A stretch of 64,000 nucleotides of DNA from an uncultured Campylobacterales bacterium. GTDB taxonomy: Bacteria; Campylobacterota; Campylobacteria; Campylobacterales; QNZT01. Position numbers and translations under genes: made by a program. Shown here in pieces: positions 49,967 through 58,972 of the stretch; within the stretch, counting starts at the first letter, position 1; each line of letters starts with the position of its first letter. The stretch covers positions 905 to 64,904 of the forward strand of contig CAYUEN010000001.1 of the NCBI GenBank assembly GCA_964443745.1. The letters are read 5' to 3'. The notes under the pieces are model-generated. The model did no database searches and was not told the origin of the DNA. It was given only the letters and a program-made list of their open reading frames with translations.

Positions 49967-50097
49967 ATCCGTTTCCTTATATATTCGATAATTTTTTATT
50001 TAGATTATAGCGAAATTGTTAAAGTTTTTCTCACTCGGTACGATATAGTAACAACGACATATAAAAGAGTCGGGGAAAAAATTCAAAGGAGACTTCA

Positions 50098-50529
50098 ATG
50101 AAAAGAAGTGGTTTTACTATGATCGAGTTGATCTTCGTGATCGTTATTTTGGGTATTCTGGCAGCGGTCGCGATTCCGAAGCTCGCTGCGACGAGAGATG
50201 ATGCGAAAATTTCAAAAGGTGCGACAGAGTTGGCGACAGCTATTAGCGACATCGGTGCATACTATACTTCACATGGGAGTTTTGCCAAGGTTTCTGATAT
50301 GACCAATGTATCTTTCGATGACAATACAAAAGGTGCCGCAGACAACGATGTTGTCAATTATGAAGTCGATTCCAAAAAGTGTGCGAAACTGACGTTTACC
50401 GGATCTACCGGTACATTGACAGTAGCGGATGGAGCTGATGTTGGCGATGCACGATGTACCGGTATCAAAACTGCTTCCGCAAAATTGTGGAAAACACATA
50501 ATTTCGGTGGCAGCAGAGTCGCTTATTAA
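50098..50529 (+). CDS. Type IV pilin-like protein (prepilin-type N-terminal methylation domain)
   Basis: 143 aa beginning MKRSGFTMIELIFVIVILGILAAVAIP (G|FTMIE). A Cys pair lies in the C-terminal part. AAGGAG SD. Confidence 0.85.
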   Translation: MKRSGFTMIELIFVIVILGILAAVAIPKLAATRDDAKISKGATELATAISDIGAYYTSHGSFAKVSDMTNVSFDDNTKGAADNDVVNYEVDSKKCAKLTFTGSTGTLTVADGADVGDARCTGIKTASAKLWKTHNFGGSRVAY

Positions 50530-50543
50530 GAGAAATACCATAG

Positions 50544-50572
50544 GGCGGAGCGTCGTACATCGACGTTTCGCC
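50544..50572 (+). terminator. Hairpin between the two pilin genes (terminator/attenuator candidate)
   Basis: GGCGGAGCGTCG-TACAT-CGACGTTTCGCC, a 12-bp stem with two GU pairs, 15 nt after stop 50529. Confidence 0.45.
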
Positions 50573-50605
50573 GTTAGAGAAAATATTTTGTAGCGGAGAT
50601 TATGT

Positions 50606-51076
50606 ATGAAAGATAGAAGAGAAGGTTTTACGATGATCGAGATGGTCTTTGTCATTGTTATACTCGGTATTCTCTCCTCTATCGCGATCTCCAAAATGGC
50701 GGTTACGCGTGACGATGCGATCGTCGCCAAGGGGCGCAGCCAGGTCGCGGCGATACGCAACGCGATCGTATTGACACGCAACCAACTACTGCTACAGGGA
50801 CAGACAGGTTGGCCGAACAGACTGGACCATTTGAGCTCGACCACGTCCAACGACGGCGATCCGATTTTTGACGCCAACGGAACGGCGGCGAACGATATCA
50901 AATTGCTCGACTATCCGGTCTATGCCAAAAACGAAAACGGCCACTGGAGAAAGGTCAATACCAACAAATACGCCTACAAAATGGAAAACAACGACGTGAT
51001 TTTCACCTACTCCAACACCACCGGATCGTTCGATTGCGACCATACGATCCAACACTGCAAGGATTTGACACAATAG
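50606..51076 (+). CDS. Type IV pilin-like protein (second copy)
   Basis: 156 aa beginning MKDRREGFTMIEMVFVIVILGILSSIAIS. C-terminal Cys pair FDCDHTIQHC. Confidence 0.85.
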   Translation: MKDRREGFTMIEMVFVIVILGILSSIAISKMAVTRDDAIVAKGRSQVAAIRNAIVLTRNQLLLQGQTGWPNRLDHLSSTTSNDGDPIFDANGTAANDIKLLDYPVYAKNENGHWRKVNTNKYAYKMENNDVIFTYSNTTGSFDCDHTIQHCKDLTQ

Positions 51077-51182
51077 TGCTATAATACCTCTTCCAAACCA
51101 TCCGCCATAGTACGGTGATTTCTTTTCGTACTGTGGGGTATTTTGCCAAGGAGAGGATATCTACTACTACGAAGTCGCCATT

Positions 51183-52994
51183 TTGGGCTCCCCTTTGCCA
51201 CCGCTTACATATAAAAGCCGGGAAACGATCGAAATCGGCACTCTCGTAGAGGTTACGTTGCGCGGGAAAAGCGTATCGGGGTATCTGTGCAGATCGGTGG
51301 AGGCGCCGGCGTTCGCGTGCGAAACGATTCGGCGGATCGAACCCCTCTTTTTCGACGATTCCCAGCGCAGGACGATTCGCTTCATCGCCCAATACTACAG
51401 CTGTTCGCTCGCAGAAGCGGCAAAACTTTTTCATCCTTTTCAAAAGGAGCGACGTTCGTTTCCCATATCGGTACAGACCGGTATCCATCTATCCCAAAAA
51501 CAGGAAGAAGCGCGCCGTTTTATCGCTTCCCATCCCGTTTCGCTGCTTTTTGGCGATACCGGCAGCGGCAAGACCGAAATCTATATGAAGTGTTTCGAAG
51601 AGGCGATAAACGAAGGCAAATCGGCGCTTTTTCTGATGCCGGAGATTTCCCTCACGCCGCAGATGCGAAAACGGTTGAAAGCGCATTTTGGCGAATTGGT
51701 CGAAATCTGGCATTCGCGGGTGACGAAACGAAAACGCGCGGAGATTCTGGAGCGAATCAGAGAGGGGCGCGTACGCATCGTCGCCGGGGCGCGTTCGGCG
51801 CTTTTTTTGCCGTTGGCGGATATCGGAATGATCGTGGTGGACGAAGAGCATGACGACAGCTACAAAGCCTCCTCCCGCCCCCGCTACCACGCACGGGATC
51901 TGGCGATCTACCTGGGAGAGGTCACGGGAGCGCGGGTCGTGCTGGGGTCGGCCACTCCTTCGGTGGTCAGTTATGCGAAGTTTCCCCGCTTCAGACTCAA
52001 GGGAGCTTTTTTCAAGGGTGAAAAACGGTTCGAATTTCTCAAAGATCGGGAAGGAATAGACGAGAGGATCTTCGAAAGGCTGCAGGAGGTGTTGGAGTCG
52101 GGTCATCAGGCGATCTTCTTTCTCCCCACGAGGGCCAACTACAAATATCTCACATGTTTTGAATGCGGTAGATATGTGGAGTGTCCGTTTTGCAGCGTGG
52201 GGATGAGTATCCATCGCGAACGCAACGCGCTTCGATGCCACTACTGCAACTATATGGAGCGTATCGTTTCCGTCTGCCCGCACTGCCATGCCCGCTCCTT
52301 GCGTACGCATCGAATCGGTACCGCTCAGGTGGTCGAAGAGCTCTCCTCCCGTTTTCCCGATCATCGTTTCAAAAAGTTCGATCGCGACGAAATCACGACC
52401 GAAGCCAAGCTCAAACAGGTGCTAAAGGACTTTAACGAACACAAGATCGACGTACTCGTGGGAACCCAGATGCTCTCCAAAGGGCATGACTATCATGATA
52501 TCCGCCTGGCTGTCGTGCTGGGGATCGATACGATTCTGGCGATGGCCGATTATCGCGCGCGCGAGCGGGCGATGAGCCTGCTGCTGCAGGTGGCGGGGCG
52601 TACCGGCAGAAGAGGCGAGGGGAAGGTGATGGTCCAGACAAACAACGAAGACTTTTTCGCTCGCTACATTGACGATTACGAACGTTTCCTCGAAGAGGAG
52701 CTTCCCTATCGCGAAGGGCTCTATCCCCCCTACAAAAAACTGATGAAATTCCTGATCGCCCACAAAAATATCCTGCGCGCGAAAGAGACGCTTGAGAAGC
52801 TGCAGCGTTGCCTTTTGGGGGTCGAAGGGGTCGAAGTGGTCGGATTCGGAGAGGCGCCGATACCCAAAATAGCGGGTAAACACCGCTTTCAGGTGCTGTT
52901 GCGTTCCGATTCTGCCAGAGCGCTTTTGCAGGTGGCCCACCGCTGCGCGATGCAGTATTGCGAAGTCGATATCGATCCGGTGAGTTTCAGCTAG
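51183..52994 (+). CDS. priA: Primosomal protein N' (replication restart helicase PriA)
   Basis: 603 aa from TTG 51183. Walker A GDTGSGKTE, DEEH box, and a Cys-rich Zn-binding region (CFECGRYVECPFC...CHYCNY...CPHC). The true start is probably upstream, at about 51159 (see findings). Confidence 0.9.
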   Translation: MGSPLPPLTYKSRETIEIGTLVEVTLRGKSVSGYLCRSVEAPAFACETIRRIEPLFFDDSQRRTIRFIAQYYSCSLAEAAKLFHPFQKERRSFPISVQTGIHLSQKQEEARRFIASHPVSLLFGDTGSGKTEIYMKCFEEAINEGKSALFLMPEISLTPQMRKRLKAHFGELVEIWHSRVTKRKRAEILERIREGRVRIVAGARSALFLPLADIGMIVVDEEHDDSYKASSRPRYHARDLAIYLGEVTGARVVLGSATPSVVSYAKFPRFRLKGAFFKGEKRFEFLKDREGIDERIFERLQEVLESGHQAIFFLPTRANYKYLTCFECGRYVECPFCSVGMSIHRERNALRCHYCNYMERIVSVCPHCHARSLRTHRIGTAQVVEELSSRFPDHRFKKFDRDEITTEAKLKQVLKDFNEHKIDVLVGTQMLSKGHDYHDIRLAVVLGIDTILAMADYRARERAMSLLLQVAGRTGRRGEGKVMVQTNNEDFFARYIDDYERFLEEELPYREGLYPPYKKLMKFLIAHKNILRAKETLEKLQRCLLGVEGVEVVGFGEAPIPKIAGKHRFQVLLRSDSARALLQVAHRCAMQYCEVDIDPVSFS

Positions 52995-53024
52995 AAAATA
53001 TCGCGGCGAGTTTCCACTTTGTCA

Positions 53025-53033
53025 TGGTATAAT
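53025..53033 (+). promoter_or_regulatory. Extended -10 promoter element TGGTATAAT immediately upstream of ispG
   Basis: TG-G-TATAAT ends 6 nt before ATG 53040. No SD lies in between. Confidence 0.45.
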
Positions 53034-53039
53034 AAAACC

Positions 53040-54101
53040 ATGACGAAAAGATACCCTACCAAACAGATTCATGTCGGAGAGGTGGCCGTCGGGGGTGACG
53101 CTCCCATTTCGGTCCAGTCGATGACGTTTTCGAAAACGGCCGACGTGGCCGCGACGGTCGATCAGATCAGGCGGCTTCATTTTGCAGGTGCGGATATCGT
53201 GCGCCTGGCCGTACCCGATTACGAAGATGCGGAGGCGCTCGAAGAGATCAGGGCCCAAACCACGCTACCGCTGGTGGCAGATATCCATTTCAATTACCGC
53301 CTGGCTCTGATTGCGGCCGAACATGTCGACTGTATAAGGATCAATCCCGGCAACATCGGTGAAAAATCGCGCGTCAAAGAGGTGGTAAAAGCATGCAAAG
53401 CCGCCGGTATCCCGATACGTATCGGTGTCAACTGCGGCTCTTTGGAGGAGCGTTTTGAGCGAAAATACGGCCAGACGGCCAAGGGGATGGTCGAATCGGC
53501 ACTCTACAACATCAAGTTTTTGGAGGATCTTGGTTTTACGGATATCAAGATCTCGATGAAAGCGAGCGATGTGGAAAGAACGGTCGAAGCCTACCGAACG
53601 CTACGCCCTATGGTAGAGTATCCTTTCCATCTGGGTGTGACGGAAGCGGGGACGCTGTTTCACTCCACCATCAAGTCGGCGATCGGTCTGGGCACGCTGC
53701 TGCTGGAGGGTATCGGCGATACGCTTCGGGTCTCCATCACCGGAGAGCTCGAAAAGGAGATCGAAGTGGGACGTGCGATTCTCAAAGACAGCGGACGCGT
53801 AAAAGAGGGGGTCAACATCGTTTCGTGTCCGACATGCGGCAGACTGGAGGCGGATCTTCTCAAGGCCGTGGCCGAAGTGGAGAAGCGTACCGCCCATATC
53901 AAGGCCCCGCTGACCATCTCCGTGATGGGATGCGTGGTCAACGCGATCGGTGAAGCGAAGGGTGCCGATGTGGCGATCGCCTACGGCAAGGGAAGCGGAT
54001 TGGTGATGCGCAGAGGAGAGGTGGTGGCGAAACTGGACGAAAAGGATCTTGTGGAACGTTTTCTCGAAGAGGTTGAAAAAGCGGCGAAGGAGCAGACGTA
54101 A
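53040..54101 (+). CDS. ispG: 4-hydroxy-3-methylbut-2-en-1-yl diphosphate synthase
   Basis: Lies in ORF 53019..54101. The Met at 53040 ([13 protein letters not shown]). Cluster Cys in VSCPTCGR and GCVVNAIGE. Confidence 0.95.
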   Translation: MTKRYPTKQIHVGEVAVGGDAPISVQSMTFSKTADVAATVDQIRRLHFAGADIVRLAVPDYEDAEALEEIRAQTTLPLVADIHFNYRLALIAAEHVDCIRINPGNIGEKSRVKEVVKACKAAGIPIRIGVNCGSLEERFERKYGQTAKGMVESALYNIKFLEDLGFTDIKISMKASDVERTVEAYRTLRPMVEYPFHLGVTEAGTLFHSTIKSAIGLGTLLLEGIGDTLRVSITGELEKEIEVGRAILKDSGRVKEGVNIVSCPTCGRLEADLLKAVAEVEKRTAHIKAPLTISVMGCVVNAIGEAKGADVAIAYGKGSGLVMRRGEVVAKLDEKDLVERFLEEVEKAAKEQT

Positions 54102-55532
54102 ATGGAAAATCAACTTTACAATCTCAACATCGAGCGCTCGATTCTCAGCTCGATCATCTTCGACCCCGCCCAGTACGAAGAGGTCGCGGCGAAGCTGAAG
54201 CCGGAGGATTTCTACCTTCCGGACCACCGTGCGATCTTCGAAGCGATGGGAACGCTCGATGCCGAAGGACTTCCGATCGACGAAGAGTTTCTGAAAAAGA
54301 GGCTCAGACAAGAAAACCGTTTCAAGGAGGAGAGTTTCATCGAGGTGATCTCCGCCAATCCCCTCGCCAATCTGGAAGCCTACATCGACGAGATGAAAGA
54401 GAAGGCGATCAAGCGGGAGTTGATCCACCTGACGACCGAAATCAAAGAGGTGGCTCTTGATCGGGATCTTCCCAGCGACAACGTGCTCGATTATGTCCAG
54501 AAGAAGATCTACGAAATCTCTCTCGATGCGACGACCAAGGAATTTCGAGAATCGCCGGAGATGGTCAAATCGACGATCGCCCATATCATGGAGATGAAAA
54601 AACGCGGAAACAGCGGCGTAGTGGGTGTGGATACGGGATTTCGCGAACTGAACGAACTCACGAGCGGTTTCGGGGAGGGGGATTTGATCATCATCGCCGC
54701 CAGACCTGCGATGGGCAAGACCGCCTTTACCCTCAATCTCGCCCAGAAGGCGCTCGATACGGGCAGAGGGGTGGCGATCTTCTCGCTGGAGATGCCCGCG
54801 GAACAGCTGATGCTCAGAATGCTCAGTGCCAAGACGTCGATTCCGCTGCAGAAACTGAAAGTGGGAGATATGAGCGACGAGCAGTGGAGCGATCTGACAC
54901 GGGCGACGGACGAGCTGGCGAAGCAAAAACTCTTCGTCGACGACGACGGGCTTTTGAATATCAACCAACTCCGATCGAAACTGAGAAAGATCAAAACCCA
55001 GCATCCGGAGATTTCGCTCGCGATCATCGACTATCTGCAACTTATGAGCGGTACGGGCAACAAAGACCGCCATCTGGAGGTGAGTGAAATCAGCCGGGGA
55101 TTGAAACTGCTCGCTCGTGAACTCAACATACCGATTATCGCGCTTTCGCAGCTCAATCGGGGACTCGAAAGCCGTCACGACAAACGTCCGATGCTCAGCG
55201 ATCTTAGGGAGTCGGGAGCGATCGAACAGGATGCGGATATGATCATGTTCGTCTATCGGGACGATGTCTATCGTATTCGTGAGGAGAAGGAGCGAGAGAA
55301 GAAAGCCAAAGCCGAAGGAAGAGAGTACAAAAGCGACTTCTTCGAAAAGCCCGAAGAGGAGGCGGAGATCATCGTCGGGAAGAACAGAAACGGCCCGATC
55401 GGCGTGGCGAACCTCGTCTTTCAGAAGCGGTTCACCCGTTTTGTGGACAAAGGAAGCGTACCGATAGAAATCGTCTACGAGAGTGCGGAGGAGGACGCCA
55501 AACACGCGAAAATAGAATTGCCTCCTATCTAA
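54102..55532 (+). CDS. dnaB: Replicative DNA helicase
   Basis: 476 aa with N-terminus NIERSILSSIIFDP, Walker A ARPAMGKTAF and SLEMPAEQL. The ATG directly follows the ispG stop. Confidence 0.95.
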   Translation: MENQLYNLNIERSILSSIIFDPAQYEEVAAKLKPEDFYLPDHRAIFEAMGTLDAEGLPIDEEFLKKRLRQENRFKEESFIEVISANPLANLEAYIDEMKEKAIKRELIHLTTEIKEVALDRDLPSDNVLDYVQKKIYEISLDATTKEFRESPEMVKSTIAHIMEMKKRGNSGVVGVDTGFRELNELTSGFGEGDLIIIAARPAMGKTAFTLNLAQKALDTGRGVAIFSLEMPAEQLMLRMLSAKTSIPLQKLKVGDMSDEQWSDLTRATDELAKQKLFVDDDGLLNINQLRSKLRKIKTQHPEISLAIIDYLQLMSGTGNKDRHLEVSEISRGLKLLARELNIPIIALSQLNRGLESRHDKRPMLSDLRESGAIEQDADMIMFVYRDDVYRIREEKEREKKAKAEGREYKSDFFEKPEEEAEIIVGKNRNGPIGVANLVFQKRFTRFVDKGSVPIEIVYESAEEDAKHAKIELPPI

Positions 55533-55552
55533 AACAAGGGATATTTTGAAGT

Positions 55553-56812
55553 ATGGAGGCGATCGAAAAGTGTCCGCTTTTTGTCGACAAAAAAGAGATC
55601 GCGTTCATAATACTGTTTTTGGTTGCGATATTTTGCTGGCAGCTTTTCGAAAAATATGACACATACCGCAACATCACCGCTTCGCGTATCCATACCGCCA
55701 CGGTGAGCGTGGAGAATCAATACCTCAAGACGAAAAACAAAAAGCGCTATACCGTTTTCAAATTGCGAAGCGAAGAGGGATACCGCTTCTATACCACTTC
55801 CTACGAAGATCTAAAAGATCTCAGAGGCAGGGAGTTGGAGTTGAAATTCGTGACGGATCGGATAGGTTTTCTCGACTTTCTGGGAGGTTTCTACGCCCCC
55901 TCTTTCGATCTTCGCCTGATGGAAAAACGGCAGACGCTTCGGGGGATTTTGCTTGAGAAAATCGCCGATCAGCACGAGGATCCGAAGATGCAGGCGCTTT
56001 TTCAGGCGCTTTTTTTGGGTGCGCCCATTCCCAAAATATTGCGCGAAGAGGTAAGCTATCTTGGAATCTCCCATCTGATCGCGATCAGCGGTTTTCATCT
56101 GGGTGTGCTTTTCGGCGCTCTCTACGCTCTTTTGCGTCAACTCTATCGCCCCATCCATAACCGTCTGTTTCCGTGGCGCAATATGCGGCAGGATCTGAGT
56201 GTGACGATCATTCTCCTGCTGTGGGGATATGTGACGCTGGTGGGATATCTCCCTTCGCTATTGCGGTCGTTCGTGATGCTCGTGATCGGATTTTGGCTCT
56301 ATCATCGCCATATTCGTCTGTTTTCCTTTTCCGCGCTCGCATTGGCGGTGGGAGTGATTCTCGCGCTTATGCCGGAATTTCTCTTTTCCATCGGTTTTTG
56401 GTTTTCGGTAAGCGGCGTCTTTTTCATCTATCTGTTTTTGCACCACTTCGGCCATCTTGAGCCGTGGCGGCTTTTTGTCGGGATAAATCTGTGGGTCTAT
56501 CTGCTGATGATTCCGATCACCCATTCGATCTTTCCCGCCTTTTCCTGGCATCAGCTGTTTTCGCCTCTTCTGTCGATGCTTTTCGGATTTTTCTATCCGC
56601 TGGAGCTTGGATTGCATCTCATCGGTGCGGGAGAGTGGCTCGATCCGCTGCTGGAGTCGCTTTTTTCGCTAAGAGGAGAGGTTTACCGAATAGAGACGCC
56701 GTTATGGTTTTTGGGAATCTATCTGCTGGTCGCGGTCGCTTCTATCAGGTGGCGCAGACTGCTTGGTCTGCCGCCTCTGCTCGCGTTTTTGTTCGTCGGA
56801 AGCGCGGTTTAG
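55553..56812 (+). CDS. comEC: ComEC/Rec2-family DNA internalisation channel (competence domain; no beta-lactamase-like domain)
   Basis: 419 aa, polytopic, with competence-domain core GISHLIAISGFHLGVLF. Confidence 0.85.
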   Translation: MEAIEKCPLFVDKKEIAFIILFLVAIFCWQLFEKYDTYRNITASRIHTATVSVENQYLKTKNKKRYTVFKLRSEEGYRFYTTSYEDLKDLRGRELELKFVTDRIGFLDFLGGFYAPSFDLRLMEKRQTLRGILLEKIADQHEDPKMQALFQALFLGAPIPKILREEVSYLGISHLIAISGFHLGVLFGALYALLRQLYRPIHNRLFPWRNMRQDLSVTIILLLWGYVTLVGYLPSLLRSFVMLVIGFWLYHRHIRLFSFSALALAVGVILALMPEFLFSIGFWFSVSGVFFIYLFLHHFGHLEPWRLFVGINLWVYLLMIPITHSIFPAFSWHQLFSPLLSMLFGFFYPLELGLHLIGAGEWLDPLLESLFSLRGEVYRIETPLWFLGIYLLVAVASIRWRRLLGLPPLLAFLFVGSAV

Positions 56813-57586
56813 ATAGTAACAGAGTTTGACACCGTAGAGGAAGATGATCCATGAGAGGTAGATCCAGATGAAAAAAAACATGATGATACTGAAAGAGCCG
56901 TAGATGGTCGTGTAGGTTTTGTTGTAGGTGATGTAGTAGACAAAAAGCATTTTAGAGGCGAACCAGACCAGCGAAGCGGCGAACGAACCGATCAGGGCGC
57001 TTTTGGGTCGAACTTTGGTGTTGACCGAGATGAAATAGGCCAGAAAATAGAGCATCCAGATGATCAGATAGGAGGTGAGGGTGAGGATGTTGATGTCGCT
57101 GGTGTAGCGATAGCTGTGCAACAACACGTTCGCTTTGAGCGAAAGGTAGAAAGAGAAGGCGAGGCCGATTGGAATCAGGATCGTCATCGTCAGATAGATA
57201 GAGATGGAGTGGAGAAATTTTCTGGGTGGAACATGAAAGATCTTGTTGACCACATATTCGAAGTCATCGAAAAACATCACCGAAACGTAGAGCACGAAAA
57301 GGACGCCCAGAAGTCCGAGTTTTTCCGTATTGTGCATGAAGGTATCGATATTTTGGGAAACGAACTGTTGCTGCGTCGGAATGATGGAGCTGAAGACGAA
57401 TGTTTTGATCTGGTCGTAATAGTCCGAAAAGTAGGGGAGTTTCGTAAAGAAGTAGAAGGAGATCAGCAAAACGGGAATGAGGGCCAAAATGGTGTGAAAA
57501 CTGAGAGAGGAGGCGTAATGAAGCAGATTGTGGTCGATAAAGTACTCTCTGAGCACTTTGTGCCAGGAGCCTTTATTCTCCTTCAT
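56702..57586 (-). CDS. YihY/BrkB-family membrane protein
   Basis: Lies in ORF 56702..57631. The Met at 57586 (MKENKGSWHKVLREYF). Segment ASSLSFHTILALIPVL and six predicted TM. Confidence 0.85.
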   Translation of the reverse strand: MKENKGSWHKVLREYFIDHNLLHYASSLSFHTILALIPVLLISFYFFTKLPYFSDYYDQIKTFVFSSIIPTQQQFVSQNIDTFMHNTEKLGLLGVLFVLYVSVMFFDDFEYVVNKIFHVPPRKFLHSISIYLTMTILIPIGLAFSFYLSLKANVLLHSYRYTSDINILTLTSYLIIWMLYFLAYFISVNTKVRPKSALIGSFAASLVWFASKMLFVYYITYNKTYTTIYGSFSIIMFFFIWIYLSWIIFLYGVKLCYYLNRASDEQKREQRRQTKQSAPPDRSDRDQQIDSQKP

Positions 57587-57587
57587 C

Positions 57588-58970
57588 TCAAAGTCCCATT
57601 TTCCCCGGATTGAGAATGTTGTTGGGATCAAACGCCTTCTTGATACGCCTGAAGAGATCGATCTCGGCGTCGCTGAAGGCTATGTTCATAAAAGGGGCTT
57701 TGGAGAGTCCGATGCCGTGTTCGCCGCTGAGCGTACCTCCAAGATCTACCGTGATCCGGAAAATCTCTTCGATCGCCTTGTGGCCGATTTCGAGCTGTTT
57801 AGGATCGTTTCCGTCGACCATTACGTTGGTATGGACGTTGCCGTCACCCGTATGGCCGAAACAGGGGATTTTTACGCCGTATTTTTTGGAGACTTCGTCG
57901 ATCTCTTCCAGGAGTGCGGGAAGCTTGCTTCGCGGAACGGTGATGTCTTCGTTGAGTTTCTTGGAGCCGTAGATCGTGATGGATTGGCTCGCGTTGCGTC
58001 TGGCGAACCACAGATCGTTCGCCTCCGCTTCGTCTTTGGCGATCACGAAATCGCTGCATCCGTTTTGCCTGAAGACCTCTTCGATCGTCTGCAGTTGAAG
58101 TTGCAGCTCCTCTTCGAGATTGCCGTCGACATCCGTGATCAGAATCGCCCCCGCTTCGATCGGCAAACCTTTGTGAAACTTCTCTTCGACCGCACGGATC
58201 GAGAGGTTGTCCAAAAACTCCATCGCCACCGGTGTAACGCCCGAAGCCATCGTTTTATAAACGGCGTTCATCGCCGCTTTTACACTCGGAAAGACACCCA
58301 TCGCCGTTTGGGTCAATTTGGGTTTCGCGATCAATCTGAGGGTAATTTCGGTCAAAACCGCCAGTGTCCCTTCGCTCGCGATCAAAATACCGGCGATATT
58401 GTAACCCGCGACATCCTTGATCGTTCTTTTTCCCGCTCTGATCACCTCTCCGTTGGGAAGTACCGCCCGCAGCGCCATAACGTAGTCTTTGGTGATACCG
58501 TATTTGGCCGCGCGCATTCCACCGGCGTTTTCGCTCACGTTTCCGCCGATCGTGGAGTATTCCTGGCTTGCGGGATCGGGCGGATAGAAAAGGCCGACCG
58601 CCTCGACCGCACGCTGCAACTGTATATTGAGCAGTCCCGGCTGTACGACGGCGACCATATTATCCATATCGATCTCCAGAAGCTTGTTCATATGCTTCTC
58701 GAACCCCATCACGATCCCGCCGTTTGCCGGGAGAGCTCCCCCCGTAAAGCCGCTTCCGGCACCTCTGGGGGTGATGACGATGCCGTTTTCGTTGCAGTAT
58801 CTCAAAATGGCCCGTACATCCTCTTCATGACGAGGAAAGATGACGGCGTCGGGTTCGTAACGGTTGCGTGTCGCGTCGTAGGAGTAGGCGATCGTATGGG
58901 CCTTGTCGTCGAAGATATTCTCCTCACCGACGATCGCCGCGAGCGCTTTTTTTCGTTTTTTTTCCAGCAT
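57588..58970 (-). CDS. glcD: FAD-linked oxidase (glycolate oxidase subunit GlcD / D-lactate dehydrogenase type)
   Basis: Lies in ORF 57588..58976 (TTG). ATG at 58970 lies 2 nt after the upstream stop. FAD-binding segment VITPRGAGSGFTGGALP. Confidence 0.9.
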   Translation of the reverse strand: MLEKKRKKALAAIVGEENIFDDKAHTIAYSYDATRNRYEPDAVIFPRHEEDVRAILRYCNENGIVITPRGAGSGFTGGALPANGGIVMGFEKHMNKLLEIDMDNMVAVVQPGLLNIQLQRAVEAVGLFYPPDPASQEYSTIGGNVSENAGGMRAAKYGITKDYVMALRAVLPNGEVIRAGKRTIKDVAGYNIAGILIASEGTLAVLTEITLRLIAKPKLTQTAMGVFPSVKAAMNAVYKTMASGVTPVAMEFLDNLSIRAVEEKFHKGLPIEAGAILITDVDGNLEEELQLQLQTIEEVFRQNGCSDFVIAKDEAEANDLWFARRNASQSITIYGSKKLNEDITVPRSKLPALLEEIDEVSKKYGVKIPCFGHTGDGNVHTNVMVDGNDPKQLEIGHKAIEEIFRITVDLGGTLSGEHGIGLSKAPFMNIAFSDAEIDLFRRIKKAFDPNNILNPGKMGL

Positions 58971-58972
58971 GC

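Noticed and set aside
53601-55505. 634-aa minus-strand ORF antisense to ispG and dnaB
   Set aside because: Shadow ORF crossing a gene boundary. It has a low-complexity R/D/F/L-rich translation.
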